Origin: Callorhinchus milii
Taxonomy: Eukaryota
DNA: 64,000 nucleotides
Assembly (NCBI RefSeq): GCF_018977255.1
Contig: NW_024704743.1
Location: 69,132,001 to 69,196,000 of the forward strand
Reading direction: 5' to 3'
Made by a program: the position numbers and the translations under genes. Below, piece after piece: positions 50,928 through 62,928 of this stretch. Under the pieces are notes generated by a model. It was not told where the DNA came from. It searched no databases and was given only the letters and a program-made list of their open reading frames with translations. How positions within the stretch are numbered: the first letter of the stretch is position 1; each line of letters starts with the position of its first letter.

Positions 50928-53332
50928 CATAGAATCATAGAATCGTACAGCACAAAAAGAGGCCATTCGGCCCATCGAGTTTGTGCTGGACCCTTCAATA
51001 GAGCAATTAATGTCAGTCCCACTTCCCAGCCCTTTCCCCATAACCCTGCAAACCCGTCCACCGCATTTTTAAAAGTTGTTATCGAATCGGCCTCCACCAC
51101 CCTTTCAACAATGCGTTCCAGATTCGAACAACTCGCTGCGTGAAAAAATATCTTCTCACCTCCCTTCTGCTTCTTTTAATACTATTTTGAATCTGTGACC
51201 TCAAGTCACCGACACACCCACCAGTGGAAACAGTTTTTCCCTTTCTAACCTATCAAATCCCCTCATGATTTTGAAAACCTCTATTAAGTCTCCTCGTAAC
51301 CTTCTCTGCTCCAATGAGAATAATCCCAGCCTCTCTAGCCTTTCCTCATAATCAAGGTCCCTCATCCTCGTAAATCTCCTCTGCACCCTTTCCAATGCCT
51401 CAACATACTTCCTATAGTGTGGTGCTCAGAACTGGGCGCAGTATTCTAGCTGAGGCCTAACCGGTGTTTTATATAGTTAATCATAACCTCCTGACTCTTG
51501 TACTCTATGCCCCTATTTATAAAGCCTAGTATCCCATATGCCTTTTTTACAGCTTTATCTACCTGTCCTGCCACCTTCAAGGATTCATTTACCTGCACCC
51601 CCAGGTCTCTCTGTTCTTTTACCCCCCTTAAGATTGCATTATCTGGCCTGTATTGCCTCCCCTCATTCTTTCTACCAAAATGCATTACCTCGCATTTCTC
51701 CACATTGAAATTTATCTGCCATGTGTCTGCCCATTTTACCATTCTGTCTGTGTCTTCCTGCAGTTGGCTGCTATCCTTCTCACTGTTTACCACCCTACAC
51801 AACTTTGTGTCATCCGCAAACTTGGAAATGGTACTTGCTATACCCAAGTCCAGATCATTTATGTATATTAAGAAGAGCAGTGGTCCTAATACCGATCCCT
51901 GGAGGACGCCACTGTACACTTCCCTCCAGTCAGAAAAGCAGCCGTTCACCACAACTCTCTGCTTTCTGTCTCCCAGCCAGTTCTGGATCCATGCTGCCAC
52001 TGTCCCTTTTATACCATGGGCTTCTATCTTTCTTACAAGTCTTTCATGTGGCACTTTGTCAAATGCCTTTTGAAAGTCCATATAAACTACATCAACTGCA
52101 CTACCTTTATCCACCCTCTCCGTTACCTCATCGAAAAATTCTATTAGATTTGTTAGACAAGATTTGCCTTTAACAAATCCATGTTGGCTGTCCCTAATTA
52201 ACCCATATTCTTCTAAGTGAAGATTTATTCTGTCCCGGATTATAGTCTCCAGGAGTTTCCCCACTACTGATGTTAGGCTGACTGGCCTGTAGTTCCCAGG
52301 TTTGTCCTTCTGTCCCTTTTTGTACAGGGAGTCATATTGGCCACTCTCCAGTCCTCTGGCACCACTCCTGTGTCCAACGAAGATTGAAAAGCTGTAGCCA
52401 AAGCTTCGCTATTTGTACCCGTGCCTCCCATAGTAACCTTGGTTGCATCCCGTCCGGACCAGGCGACTTATCTACCTTCAGCGCAGTCAACCTTTTCAGT
52501 ACTTCCTCTCTGTTTATACTTATCCTATCCATTTCCTCTACCCTCTCCTCCGATACTGCGGCATTTGGTGCATCCACTTCTTTTGTGAAAACAGATGCAA
52601 AGTACTCCTTCAGCACATCAGCCATGCCCTCTGCCTCCACAATAAGATTTCCCCCTTGATCCTTAATTGGCCCCACCCTACCTTTGACTAGCCTTTTTTT
52701 TGTTGATATGTTTGTAAAATATTTTAAAATTCCCTTGAATGTTACCCGCTAACCTTTTTTCGTGTAATCTTTTTGCCCCTCTTATTTCCTTTTTCCAACC
52801 TCTTCTGCACTTCCTATATTCTATTTGGTTGTCTTCTGTATCTTGGGTTTGACATTTGTCATACGCCTCCTTTTTCTGCTTCATTCTAGATACAATTACC
52901 TTCGTCATCCAGGGAGGTTTGGAAGCCCTACTTTTCCCTTTTGTGGGAATGTATTTATTCTGTCCCCGAGCTATCTCATCCTTGAAGACTTCCCACTGCT
53001 CTTTAGTTGTTTTACCTGCCAATCTTGCTTTCCAGTCCACCTTGGCTAGGTCCCTTTTTAACTCACTGAAATTTGCCCTCTTCCAGTTGAATATCTTCAC
53101 CTTAGATGGTTCCTTGTATCTTTCCATATGCACTCTGAATCTAATGCTGTTATGATCACTATTGCCCAGATGCTCTCCCACTGAAACCTGCTTCACTTGC
53201 CCTACTTCATTCCCCAGAACTAGACCTAGCACTGCTTCCTTCCTTGTCGGGCTGGAAATGTACTGATCAAGAATATGCATTTTAGGAATATTTCCCCCTC
53301 CTTTTCCTTTGTGCTATTGTTTTGCCAGTCTA
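50928..53332 (-). mobile_element. 5'-truncated CR1 LINE, about 2.4 kb; ORF2 (end of endonuclease, RT with FADD) broken by frameshifts
   Basis: ORF pieces 52678-53280, 52332-52676, 51446-52264 (QHGFVKGKSCLTNL, YMDFQKAFDKVPH, QGSVLGPLLFLIYINDL, KFADDTKL) and 51201-51395; (ATTCTATG)n 3' end. Confidence 0.97.
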
Positions 53333-53376
53333 ACGCTGTTGTTTTGCCAGTCTAGTGCTGTTGTTTTGCCAGTCTA
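53311..53376. repeat. 3 x 22-bp tandem repeat at the CR1 5' truncation junction
   Basis: gtgctattgttttgccagtcta / acgctgttgttttgccagtcta / gtgctgttgttttgccagtcta. Confidence 0.95.
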
Positions 53377-53789
53377 TGTTGTAGCTACAGGATTCCGTTT
53401 TGGGGCACTGCTGGAGTTTAACCAGCTAAAATCGCATAGCCTGCCATTAAGAGTACTGTCTGCCAAGCTTTGGCATGCAAGGTTAACAGGAGCTGAGTGG
53501 GAAGATTGACTGGTCTGCCCTTCCAGGTCCTGCCAATGAGTCAGACTGGCTGCGCTATCATCAGCAGTGCCCTTGAATTCTGCAAACCCCCTGGCTCAGG
53601 AACCGGACTACTGAGACCGCCACAGAGGGTTGACTCAATTCCGACATTCCATTGCCAACCAAAGATGTCACCTTGGAGCCAGTTCAGCTCCAAGGAGACT
53701 GTATTACCTCCCCCATCCCGCAAGGAGGACATTCACTAGTTGGTCATTTGACATCCGCCAAACATGGGTTCCAATGCTGTAATGGAGGA

Positions 53790-53965
53790 GATTGTAATGG
53801 AGGGTCATTGTCAGAGGTACTGTCCTTCACATGAGACATTAAACCGAGGTCCCTTCTGCCTGTTCAGATGGACTTTCAAGATACCATGGCACTACTAGAA
53901 AAGTTGGCCTGTGTCCTGGCCAACAATCCCTAGATAAAATTGGTCTTTTTGTTTCATGGCTGCTC
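53790..53965 (+). mobile_element. Old DeuSINE-like central fragment
   Basis: cattgtcagaggtactgtccttcacatgagacattaaaccgaggtccc...ccatggcacta. Confidence 0.75.
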
Positions 53966-54914
53966 ATTATTATTAATGGTCAAGTGAAGAGTTGGCAATG
54001 ATAATTTTATCTGTTTGGAGGTGGCTAGAATTTAACATGAAAATATACAATCATAAAGAGCTTGATATCCACACTACTTAAGACTGGCCATATTTTTGAT
54101 ATGAACACAGTGCAGATATCAGTTTTCAATAAGTGTGCGTGTTTTTCTTTCTCTCAGTCCTTCCAGCTCTCTCGGTTTGTTACTGTCTCAGCTTCTGTAA
54201 ACTGTGTGTATTTTTCGCTAATCCTGTTCTTTCCTCTTTCTGAACTCTTCACCTTGTGCTGCTTTTTTAAGTTGTAAAAATCATGAACCTATTATCAAAT
54301 GCAATGATTATAAGTCTGTTGTTAAGAAGAGAACATCCAGTTTTAGCCCATGTTTCTGTTATCACTAAATCCAGTCCTCGCTGTGACAAAGAGACCAGAC
54401 TCCTGGAACCAATCCAGTGCAGATTGAATGGTGATCAATCACTCAACCCCATTGTCTTCAGTGTCACAATAACAACAACTCGCATATTTACAGTACCCTT
54501 CACGTGGCGTAGTGTTCCGCGTGAGCTACACGTGCTGGGTTATTTCTTCACAATTTGGTCAGTTCACTGTGACTTAGATATTAAAAATTTAAAGCATGGT
54601 CGACTCAGATTTCTGATCCAACAAGAAATTGTCCCAGTCCAGTAAATCTCCAGAACAATGTCTTGTAGCCTGTTATCTTGCTCAATGTCATGCTATCACC
54701 TCACCTACCAATCGCTTCATTCTCTAGCACCTCCTTATCTCTCCAATCTCCTCCTATCCCATTCCTCCGCTCGCCCTCTCCGAACAGCTAACTGAGGCTT
54801 GGTACATCCTCTGACCTATCATTGGTGGTCAAACTTTCCAATTCTAGGCTCCTAACCTTTCGAACTCCCTCCCTCAACCACTCTGTCTCATGCTCTCTCC
54901 ATCCTTTAGCTTTG

Positions 54915-55095
54915 CGGTTAGAGCACTCGCCTCGCAAGCGGGAGACTCAGGTTTGATTCCCAGCAGGGCGAATCGTTGGGCAAGCTTCCTTAACCTATCT
55001 CTGTTTACCGAGCAGTAAGTAGGAACACGGTTGTTAGTCGATCGGCGGATCACTTTTCCATAATAATAATTCCTTCAAAAAAATCCACGACTGTG
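54915..55095 (+). mobile_element. tRNA-derived SINE, long form, 5' part only
   Basis: ggttagagcactcgcctcgcaagcggg head plus the ctctgtttaccgagcagtaagtaggaac segment; truncated at cacgactgt. Confidence 0.85.
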
Positions 55096-55921
55096 TATTT
55101 GTGGTGTTTCTTAATCCAAACCTTATTAAGGAATTTGAGTTGCTAACAGTGGCTCTTTCTAGTAAACTGAAACATCCTTTTGGAACTCTGCTCTGACACA
55201 GTCTACTTCTGGGTGGGATTTCCCCTCGGGTTAAAGGAAATTCTAATAGGATTCCAGATTAAGCAATCCATTAAGAAACACCATAAATTAGACGTTCATA
55301 TCATTTTTAAGTTAGAGCTATGCCAGATAAAAGTAGCTCCAAAATAATTTATTCACACAATAATGTGGCATGCACTACCCCAGAAAGGTATAGACACAGA
55401 ATTAATCAGTATTTAAGAGGCAGATTTATTTATCAATCAATTCCATATTGCTTAATACTCCTTGTCAAATACGATATGAGTATTAAGGAATATGGAATTT
55501 AAATGATGGAAAAATGGATAAAAAGACAGTGGATTCATGAACTAAGAAAACTACTGAATGGCCTATTCCTGTGCTTGTTACGCATAGTGTAAAGCAATGG
55601 CGATAGGAATATATCAAAATACCTGGAAAGAGAAGTGTAAGGTTTTCTGGAAAACTCAGTTACTAAGTAAAAAAGTAAATCACAATAAAATAATGAAAAT
55701 AAGGTAAATATAACATGTGGGGTGTCGTCTCTCATCTTTGAATTTGTTTGGGATGTTTAAACCAGTATTTTCTTCACTAGCGTAACTAACGTAAGTATAA
55801 ACCACTTCTCTCAAAGCTACCTCATAAGAGCTTATGGATTTAGTAAACTAGTTCTTTGCAGAAATATTTCCTGTATTGTATTGATTTAAAATACAGAACA
55901 GCCAATCAAATGGAGTTTAAC

Positions 55922-56527
55922 GATGAGATAATAAATAGATGGGATTAAGAATTAAAACAATAGAGTCTTGTAGCTCAGTGGTTAGAGCACTCGCTTTGCA
56001 AGCGAGACACCTGGGTTCAATTCCAGGCAGGGCAAAACCTTGGGCAAGTCTCCTTACTCCACACGCCTAATAATAATCCCGCCAAACCAAAACAATAATA
56101 AATTGGTCATTTTCAATACACGACTGTTTGTGGGACACTGCTGTGCACAATTGGCTGCCGCGTTTCGCCCACAAATATACAGTCAATTCACTTTACAGCA
56201 TATTCTGTGAAGCACTTTGAGACATCAAAAGCGCTATATCAAATGCAAGGATTATTATTATTATTAAATTGCTTGGTTGCATAGCACAATGGCGAACATA
56301 AAAAAAAATTACTTTTTATATTTCGCCTTTCATGTCAGGATGTCTCAAAGCGCATCACACACTGTTTGGCAGACTAAGGTGGGGGAGCTGGGTAGGTGGG
56401 TGGGAGGGTTCCCAAAAGCATGGTCGAAGGAATAGGTCTCAAGGCAGAATAATGTTTCAGATAGGAAAAGGCCATTAGATTTAAGAAGCTGTTTTAATTC
56501 TTAATCCCATCTATTTATTATCTCATC
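55922..56527. repeat. Perfect 38-bp inverted repeat (55922-55959 / 56490-56527)
   Basis: GATGAGATAATAAATAGATGGGATTAAGAATTAAAACA and its exact reverse complement. Confidence 0.95.
55963..56266 (+). mobile_element. Full-length tRNA-derived SINE (short form)
   Basis: A box, perfect CTCGC-TTTGCAA-GCGAG anticodon arm, B box GGTTCAATTCC, Deu core, (TTA)n. Confidence 0.94.
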
Positions 56528-57647
56528 ATTATCCTCCATACCTTCTCTCCCCAGGTGTCTCTTCAACATGTATTTCTGCCTGCTTCATTGACATTCCATG
56601 GTAATTTATTCCAAAACTTCCCACTGTGCGTAAACAAATATGCGCAATTTCATCCTTACTCCTAACTTCCTAATTTTTACCTTGAGTTCACTACTACTTC
56701 AGCATTTACTACAGTGAACAGGTTATCTGGATCAGCTTTTATGCACCCTTGGAACATATTGAAGACTCCAAACTTCAATTAGGTCATCTTGAAATTTTCT
56801 CTGCTCCAAAACAAAATCCCAACTTTTTATTATTTTCCTTCTAAAATAAATTCCCGATTTCCTGGTTTCCTAACGTGCTGCGCCAAGGAGTGGAAGGGAG
56901 CAGGTTTACCCACACATCGGAGCTGTTTAAGATACCAAGGGACGTGTCAGGGTAAATAGAGGATAGCTATTTCCTTTAGCTGGAGGAAATTGGTGACAGG
57001 AAACTCAGGATTATTTGCGAAAAAAAATAGGGTAGAAGGAATTTCTTCACTGAAAGGTTTTTTAGGGTTTGGGATCCATTAGTAAAAGTGCCGACTGAGA
57101 CTGAATGAAGAGAATCATTCAAAAGAGAATTGAATAAGCACCTGAGCACTAAAACATTAATAGATTTGGGAGAGAGCTCAAAATCAGGATTAATAAAGTA
57201 AAAGTGATTTAGAAAAACATGCAACAATGGCACGGTTAATACAGCCTAGTTGTGTGCAGAAAGAACATCCAAGTTTCTACTTCAAACAACAGTAACAACT
57301 TTTTTTTCGTAGATTCATAGAATGTTACGGCACAGAAGGAGGCCATTCGGTCCATGGCTGCTGTTTACGAACACAAAACGGTGTTGAATGCAACAGCGGG
57401 TTCCCCTCCAACACGTGAGACAGCACTGAATCACATGAGAAAAAATCTGGACATCTACCAACACCAAGTAAACACAGCTTCCAAACAGGTAAAGAGATTG
57501 CAGTGCTTTCTCACATAATGATTAACTGCCTCTGCGTCTGTTTAGTGCATAAAAATACTAAAACAATCATTTTGATGGTGAATCTCCCTCTTTTTTGAAG
57601 GTATTTTCTATCTATTCCTTTTTCGTCTCTCTTCGCCATCCACCATC

Positions 57648-59156
57648 ATAGATTCATAGAATAGAATCTTTCGGCCCATCGAGTCTGTGTGGCTCTTTGA
57701 CAGAGCAAGTCACTTTCACTAACCCCAATCACCAGCTTTCTCCCCATAACCCTGCAAACCCATCTTCCCCAGATACCTATCCAGTTCTCTCTTAAAAGCT
57801 GTTATCGAATCGGACTTCACTACCCTTTCAGGCAGATCATTCCAAATTCGAACAACTCGCTGAGTGAAAAAATTTCTTCTAACCTCCCCTCTGCTTCTTT
57901 TGGTAGATATCTTAAGACTGTGACCACGGGTCACAGACACACCTACCAGCGGAAACAGCTTTTCCTTATCTAGCCTGTCGAAACCTTTCATGATCTTGAA
58001 GACCTTTATCAGGTCCCCGCGTAACCTTCTCTGCTCTAATGGGAAAATCCTAACTTCTCCAGCCTGTCCTCATAGCTAAGGTTCCCCATTCCTGGTATCA
58101 TTCTCGTGAATCTCCTCTGCACCCTTTCCAGTGCCTTAATGTCCTTCCTGAAGTAAGGTGCCCAGAACTGGACGCAGTACTCCAGCTGAGGCCTAACCAG
58201 TGTTTTGTATAGATTAACCATAACCTCCCTGCGCTTGTACTCTATGCCCCTACTAATAAAGCTCAGTACACCGAATGCCTTTTTTACTGCCTTATCTACC
58301 TGCCCCGCTACCTTTAATGATTCACTTAGGTGAACACCCTGATCTCTCTGTACATTCACCCCCCTTAAGATTGAGCTACAAAGTTTATATTGCCTCCTAT
58401 CATTTTTCCTACCTAAGTGTATCACCTCACACTTATCCACATTGAAATCCATCTGCTATATGTCAGCCCATTCCACCATTCTGTGTATGTCTGCTTGCAG
58501 TTGGTTACAGTCCTCCTCACTATTTACTACCCCACCTAACTTTGTATCATCTGCAAACTTGGAAATAGTGCTCTCTATTCCCACGTCCAGATCATTAATA
58601 TATATTAGAAAGAGCAGTGGTCCCAATACCGATTCCTGGGGGACACCGCTGCACACCTGCTTCCATTTCGAGAAACACCCATTAACCACCACCCTCTGCT
58701 TTCTGTCACTCAGCCAGTTCTTAATCCAAACTGCCACTGTCCCCTTAATACAATGGGCCTCTAATTTTTTTATTAATCTCTTATGTGGTACTGTGTCAAA
58801 AGCCTTTTTGAAATCCATGTAAATAATGTCCACCGCATTTCCCTCATCAACCCTCGCAGTCACCTCTTCAAAAAATTCTGTTAGATTTGTTAGGCAAGAT
58901 TTGCCTTTAACAAATCCATGTTGGCTGTCTCTAATTACCTCATGTTCCTCTAAGTAGAGATTTATTCTGTTCCGGATTATGGTCTCCAGTAGTTTTCCTA
59001 TTACCGAAGTTAGGCTGACTGGCCTGTAATTTCCAGGTTTGTCTTTCTGCCCCTTTTTGTAGAGGGGGGTAACATTAGCCACACTCCAGTCTCTTGGCAC
59101 CACTCCTGTGTCCAATGAAGATTGAAATATAATGGCCAAAGCCTCCGCTATTTGTA
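57648..59156 (-). mobile_element. 5'-truncated CR1 LINE, about 1.5 kb, RT domain plus 3'UTR
   Basis: ORF pieces 58456-59139 (PGNYRPVSLTS, QHGF, KFADDTKL), 58036-58452 and 57719-57991. Confidence 0.97.
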
Positions 59157-59834
59157 TTTATTATATTTATTTAGCACTGTTCATGCGGGGTAGCATCTTG
59201 AACGCTTAAAGTGGTGGAGCTTAACAGTGTGTGAGACGCATGTGACCGTAGGAAAATCTTCAGGCGCAATCTAAAAATGGGCAAGAAGGCGTTAAGGCAG
59301 AAGGATGTGAGGCAGAGAGTTCATAGTTTCGAGACGTAGTGGATAAAGGCACAGTCGCCAGGATGAGGAGCTCTTAGAGGGGGGTTTTCCCATGGGGATG
59401 AATGGAAAATCAGAAGGTCATTCAACCTGCCAACTCGTGTGATTCATCTGTCAGCTGACTAAGGAGCAGTGCATGACGCAAACTTGGAGTGCTCGCACGA
59501 TCAATCAAAGAGTGGCATCAACATGGGAACTCCGACTCGGAGGATACCAGACACACACTCATATGGGAATAAAGAGCTACAAATGTTTAGAGAACAATCG
59601 TTACCTGGGCTTGATCCTCAATGATTACCAAGAAACTGAGGATTTTTATCTGTTGGCAACTAAATCTTTAGAACCAAATGAAGCAGAGGATATGTGCCAG
59701 CAATTTATCCTGCAGTTTATCTGATAACCCACATTCATCAATTAGCATGTCATAATGTTGAAAATGAAACTTTCTTCATGCTACAAAGAAATGTATTAAA
59801 GCTTCGTGCATTGTTTGACATTTGAAAAGAAAAA

Positions 59835-59950
59835 AAATTGCAAGACTATGGGGAAAGAGCGGGAGAGTGGGACTAATTGGGTAGCTCTTTCAAAGAGCCG
59901 TCACAAGCATGATGAGCCAAACGGCTTCATTCTGTACTGGATTCTATGAT
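59835..59950 (+). mobile_element. CR1 3'UTR fragment
   Basis: ctatggggaaagagcgggagagtgggactaattgggtagctctttcaaagagcc...attctatga. Confidence 0.8.
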
Positions 59951-60209
59951 TTTTCAGTACAGAAAGTTGACTCATCTTATGATGAGAATGGCTAACCAGT
60001 TACCAATCTAGAGAGGCCTGAAATTCCTTCCTTTCTAAGCCTGCAAGCTACTTTGTCTTACAATTTAAAATTGATTACCTACAATTTAAGTGGATAATTG
60101 TGGAGAATTCTTAAATTTGAATCTTTTTAGAATTTGAAAAAACAGCTTCAATTTAAGACTAAATGTATTTTCCAGAAGTTGGGGCAATCTTATCTTATTT
60201 TAACTGTAC

Positions 60210-60445
60210 TTAGGATGCATCAAGACAAGAGGACATAGGTTTAGAGTTGCAAAGGGCAAATTCAGGACAGATACCAAGAAGCTTTTCTTTACCCAGAGAA
60301 TAATTAACAACTAACAAGTTGCCAGGAAAGGTGGTTGAGGCCAGGACACTGGACTCATTTGAAAAGAAGCTTGTTGGGATAGGGTACAGTAGGGATGAGA
60401 TCACATGAGCTGAAGGGCCTTCTTTATTCAAACCAATCTTGTGAT
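60210..60445 (+). mobile_element. Degenerate CR1 3' fragment
   Basis: gacaagaggacataggtttagagt...ttctttacccagaga...ggtggttgaggcc. Confidence 0.7.
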
Positions 60446-60799
60446 CTAGTATTTTAAGACAAAATAAACAAGAATTTGGCCACATCCATAATGCAGAATT
60501 TGATTTTGAAGCAAATTTTCTGCAAATCATTTGAAATTGAAATTTCTCCTCACATATTTCTGCAAAACCCTTGATGCTTTAGATGCTTTATTGTACTGCA
60601 TACATGTTAACAACAGAACTAGGTTACATTTATTTCTTCCCCCAAAAGAAAAAAAAGCTTTACCGAAAGGCTTCCAACGGTACCAGCAGGGCATGGATGT
60701 TGTCAGATCTTAGCTCAGTTTGTAATTCAGATTTAAAAGAGCAAAAACATTAAAAATGCACACCGGTAGTCTTGGAGCTACACTCACCTCTCCTTAAGC

Positions 60800-61215
60800 T
60801 ACAGCAACAGTGCGCATTTATACTGTGCCTTCCAATGTAGGATAACATCTCAGAACACTTCTTTGTGGTGGGGTTGGATGCTGAGCTGGAAGGAAGGAGA
60901 ATTGACCATAGGCACAGTCAAAGTGGTAGGTTTTAGGTGGGATTTGAAAATGGATAGAGAAAGGGCGAGAGATACAGGGATACAGCGGTCAGGGGCATAA
61001 TAACTGAAGGTTCAGTCACCAATAACGGTGCGGAGGGCATGGGGACCTACAACAGACTTGTCAGCTGAGCTTAGTCGAGAGGAGTGGGGTATGGAGGAAA
61101 TCAGAGAGATAGAAAGGTGAACGGATTTGTAGGTAAGGATTAGCACCTTGAAGCCGATCCGTTCAGAGTCAAAGAGTCAATGGACCCTGGTGAGGATTGG
61201 GGTGATGGTGGGGGA
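60800..61215 (-). mobile_element. Old degenerate L2 3' fragment
   Basis: Tail caacagtgcgcatttatactgtgccttc and a GA-rich body similar to the other L2 copies. Confidence 0.65.
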
Positions 61216-62119
61216 TCATTGAAGCTACACTCACCACTCATGGCTCTGGGAAATTCAGTGGGTTTCAACAGTCAGCTAACTGTGCTAAATGATCCTTTCT
61301 CACTCTTCCCTTATTATTTCTATATGAAGGGAGGAAAATTTATATGAATTGTGCTGAATTTAGTCCATTATGTAAAATCCATGTCTCGTAGCTGAACAAA
61401 TCAGAAAATATTTCAAACCATCTGGAAATATTGTTGTTTAGTAGATGCTTTCTGGCAAATGGCTCCATGATAGATACTCTCTGCCAAAATGCATCAGCGA
61501 ACAGACTGCACCAGTGACTCTGTCTGTACTGCTTTCATATTCTCTCATACAATTTTTATTAGTGCCTGTGATTGTAATTTTGTACACATTCACTTCATCC
61601 ATAAGCCTGCTCTTCACATCCTGATCACACAGTGATACATTCTAGCTTATTCACCTACCAAAAATGCCTTATGGCAAATCATTTCAATTGATTTGAAATA
61701 ATTACAATTTACTATATTAAACAAAACATTTCTCTCTCCTTATATATTACAACTGTAAGCCTCTAACTATTTCTTCTGCTTGACTTCAGCATTGACATCA
61801 TTGACTTCAGCACAGACAAATTGAAACAGCTGCAGGCAATCTGATCCGAACAGCCCGAAAACCTTCTGGCTGAAAAAGGAATTAAATTATTGGCACTTAA
61901 AAATGCCACATAATTTAAAACCCTAGTGATTTCAACTGCACCTTGACTACTCCACTTTAGAAAACATTAAACTGGTATCAATTTGTGGAAAAAAATGATT
62001 GTTGTGATTTCTTTTTAACCCCAAATTGCTGGAAGTTCCAGGGAAATTATTTCCTGAGTGAACAAACCACAACAAACCATAAAATTTTATTAATTATTAT
62101 TAGTAAATAAATAATAATA

Positions 62120-62928
62120 ATGGAGTATAACATGGGGTAGTGTGAAGTTATTCACCCCCCCTAGGTAGTAAAAATAGAAAAGCGGATTATTTTCTAGAGG
62201 GGGAGTGTTAGTGTTCAGAGGGATTTGGGTGTCCTTATACACCAGTCACAAAAAGTTAGTATGCAGGTACAGCAAGCAACTAGGAAGGCTAATGCCATGT
62301 TACCATTCGTTGCAAAAGGCTTAGAGTCCAAGAGTAGGGAAGTCTTGCTGCAGTTGTATAAAGCTTTGGTGAGACCACACCTAGAATATTGTGAGCAGTT
62401 TTGGTCTCCTTATTTAAGAAACAACATACTTGCCTTAGAGGGGTTGCAGCTAGGTTGGTTCCTGGGATGAGGGGGTTGACCTACGAGGAGAGGTTAAGTA
62501 AACTAGGCCTATATTCTCTAGAATATAGAAGAATTAGAGGTGATCTTATAGAATCTTATAAGATTCTTAAGGGTCTTGACAGGTAGATGCCGTGAGACTG
62601 TTTCCTCTGGTTGGAGAATCTAAAATTAGGGGTCATAGTCTCAAGATTAAGGGTCAGCCTTTTCGAACTGAGTTGAGAAAACTTTTCTTCACTCAAGAGG
62701 GTAGTGAATTTGTGGAATTCTCTACCCCAGAAGGCTGTGGATGCTCAGTCCTTGACATATTCAAGAACTGAGGCTGATAGATTTCTAAAGGATAGAGGGA
62801 TTAAGGGATATGGGGATAGGGCGGGTAAATGGAATTAGGTTAGAAGGTCAGCCATGATCTTATTAAACGGTGGGGCAGGCTTGAGGGGCCAAATGGCCTA
62901 CTCCTGCTCCGACGTCTTATGTTCTTAT
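62120..62928 (+). mobile_element. CR1 LINE 3' portion (different subfamily, TCTTATGT-type end)
   Basis: LLQLYKALVRPHLEYCEQFWSPYL; EERLSKLGLYSLEYRRIRGDLIESYKILKGLD; ends ggcctactcctgctcc...tcttatgttcttat. Confidence 0.94.

Noticed and set aside
51446..52264. Reverse transcriptase ORF as a retron, group II intron, DGR or domesticated gene
   Set aside because: Typical CR1 ORF2 with frameshifts, 5' truncation and a CR1 3' tail; the same applies to 58456-59139.
53311..53376. CRISPR-like array
   Set aside because: Head-to-tail repeats without spacers, no cas genes, vertebrate context.
55963..56035. Functional tRNA-Ala gene
   Set aside because: No acceptor stem, and the sequence continues into a multi-copy SINE body.
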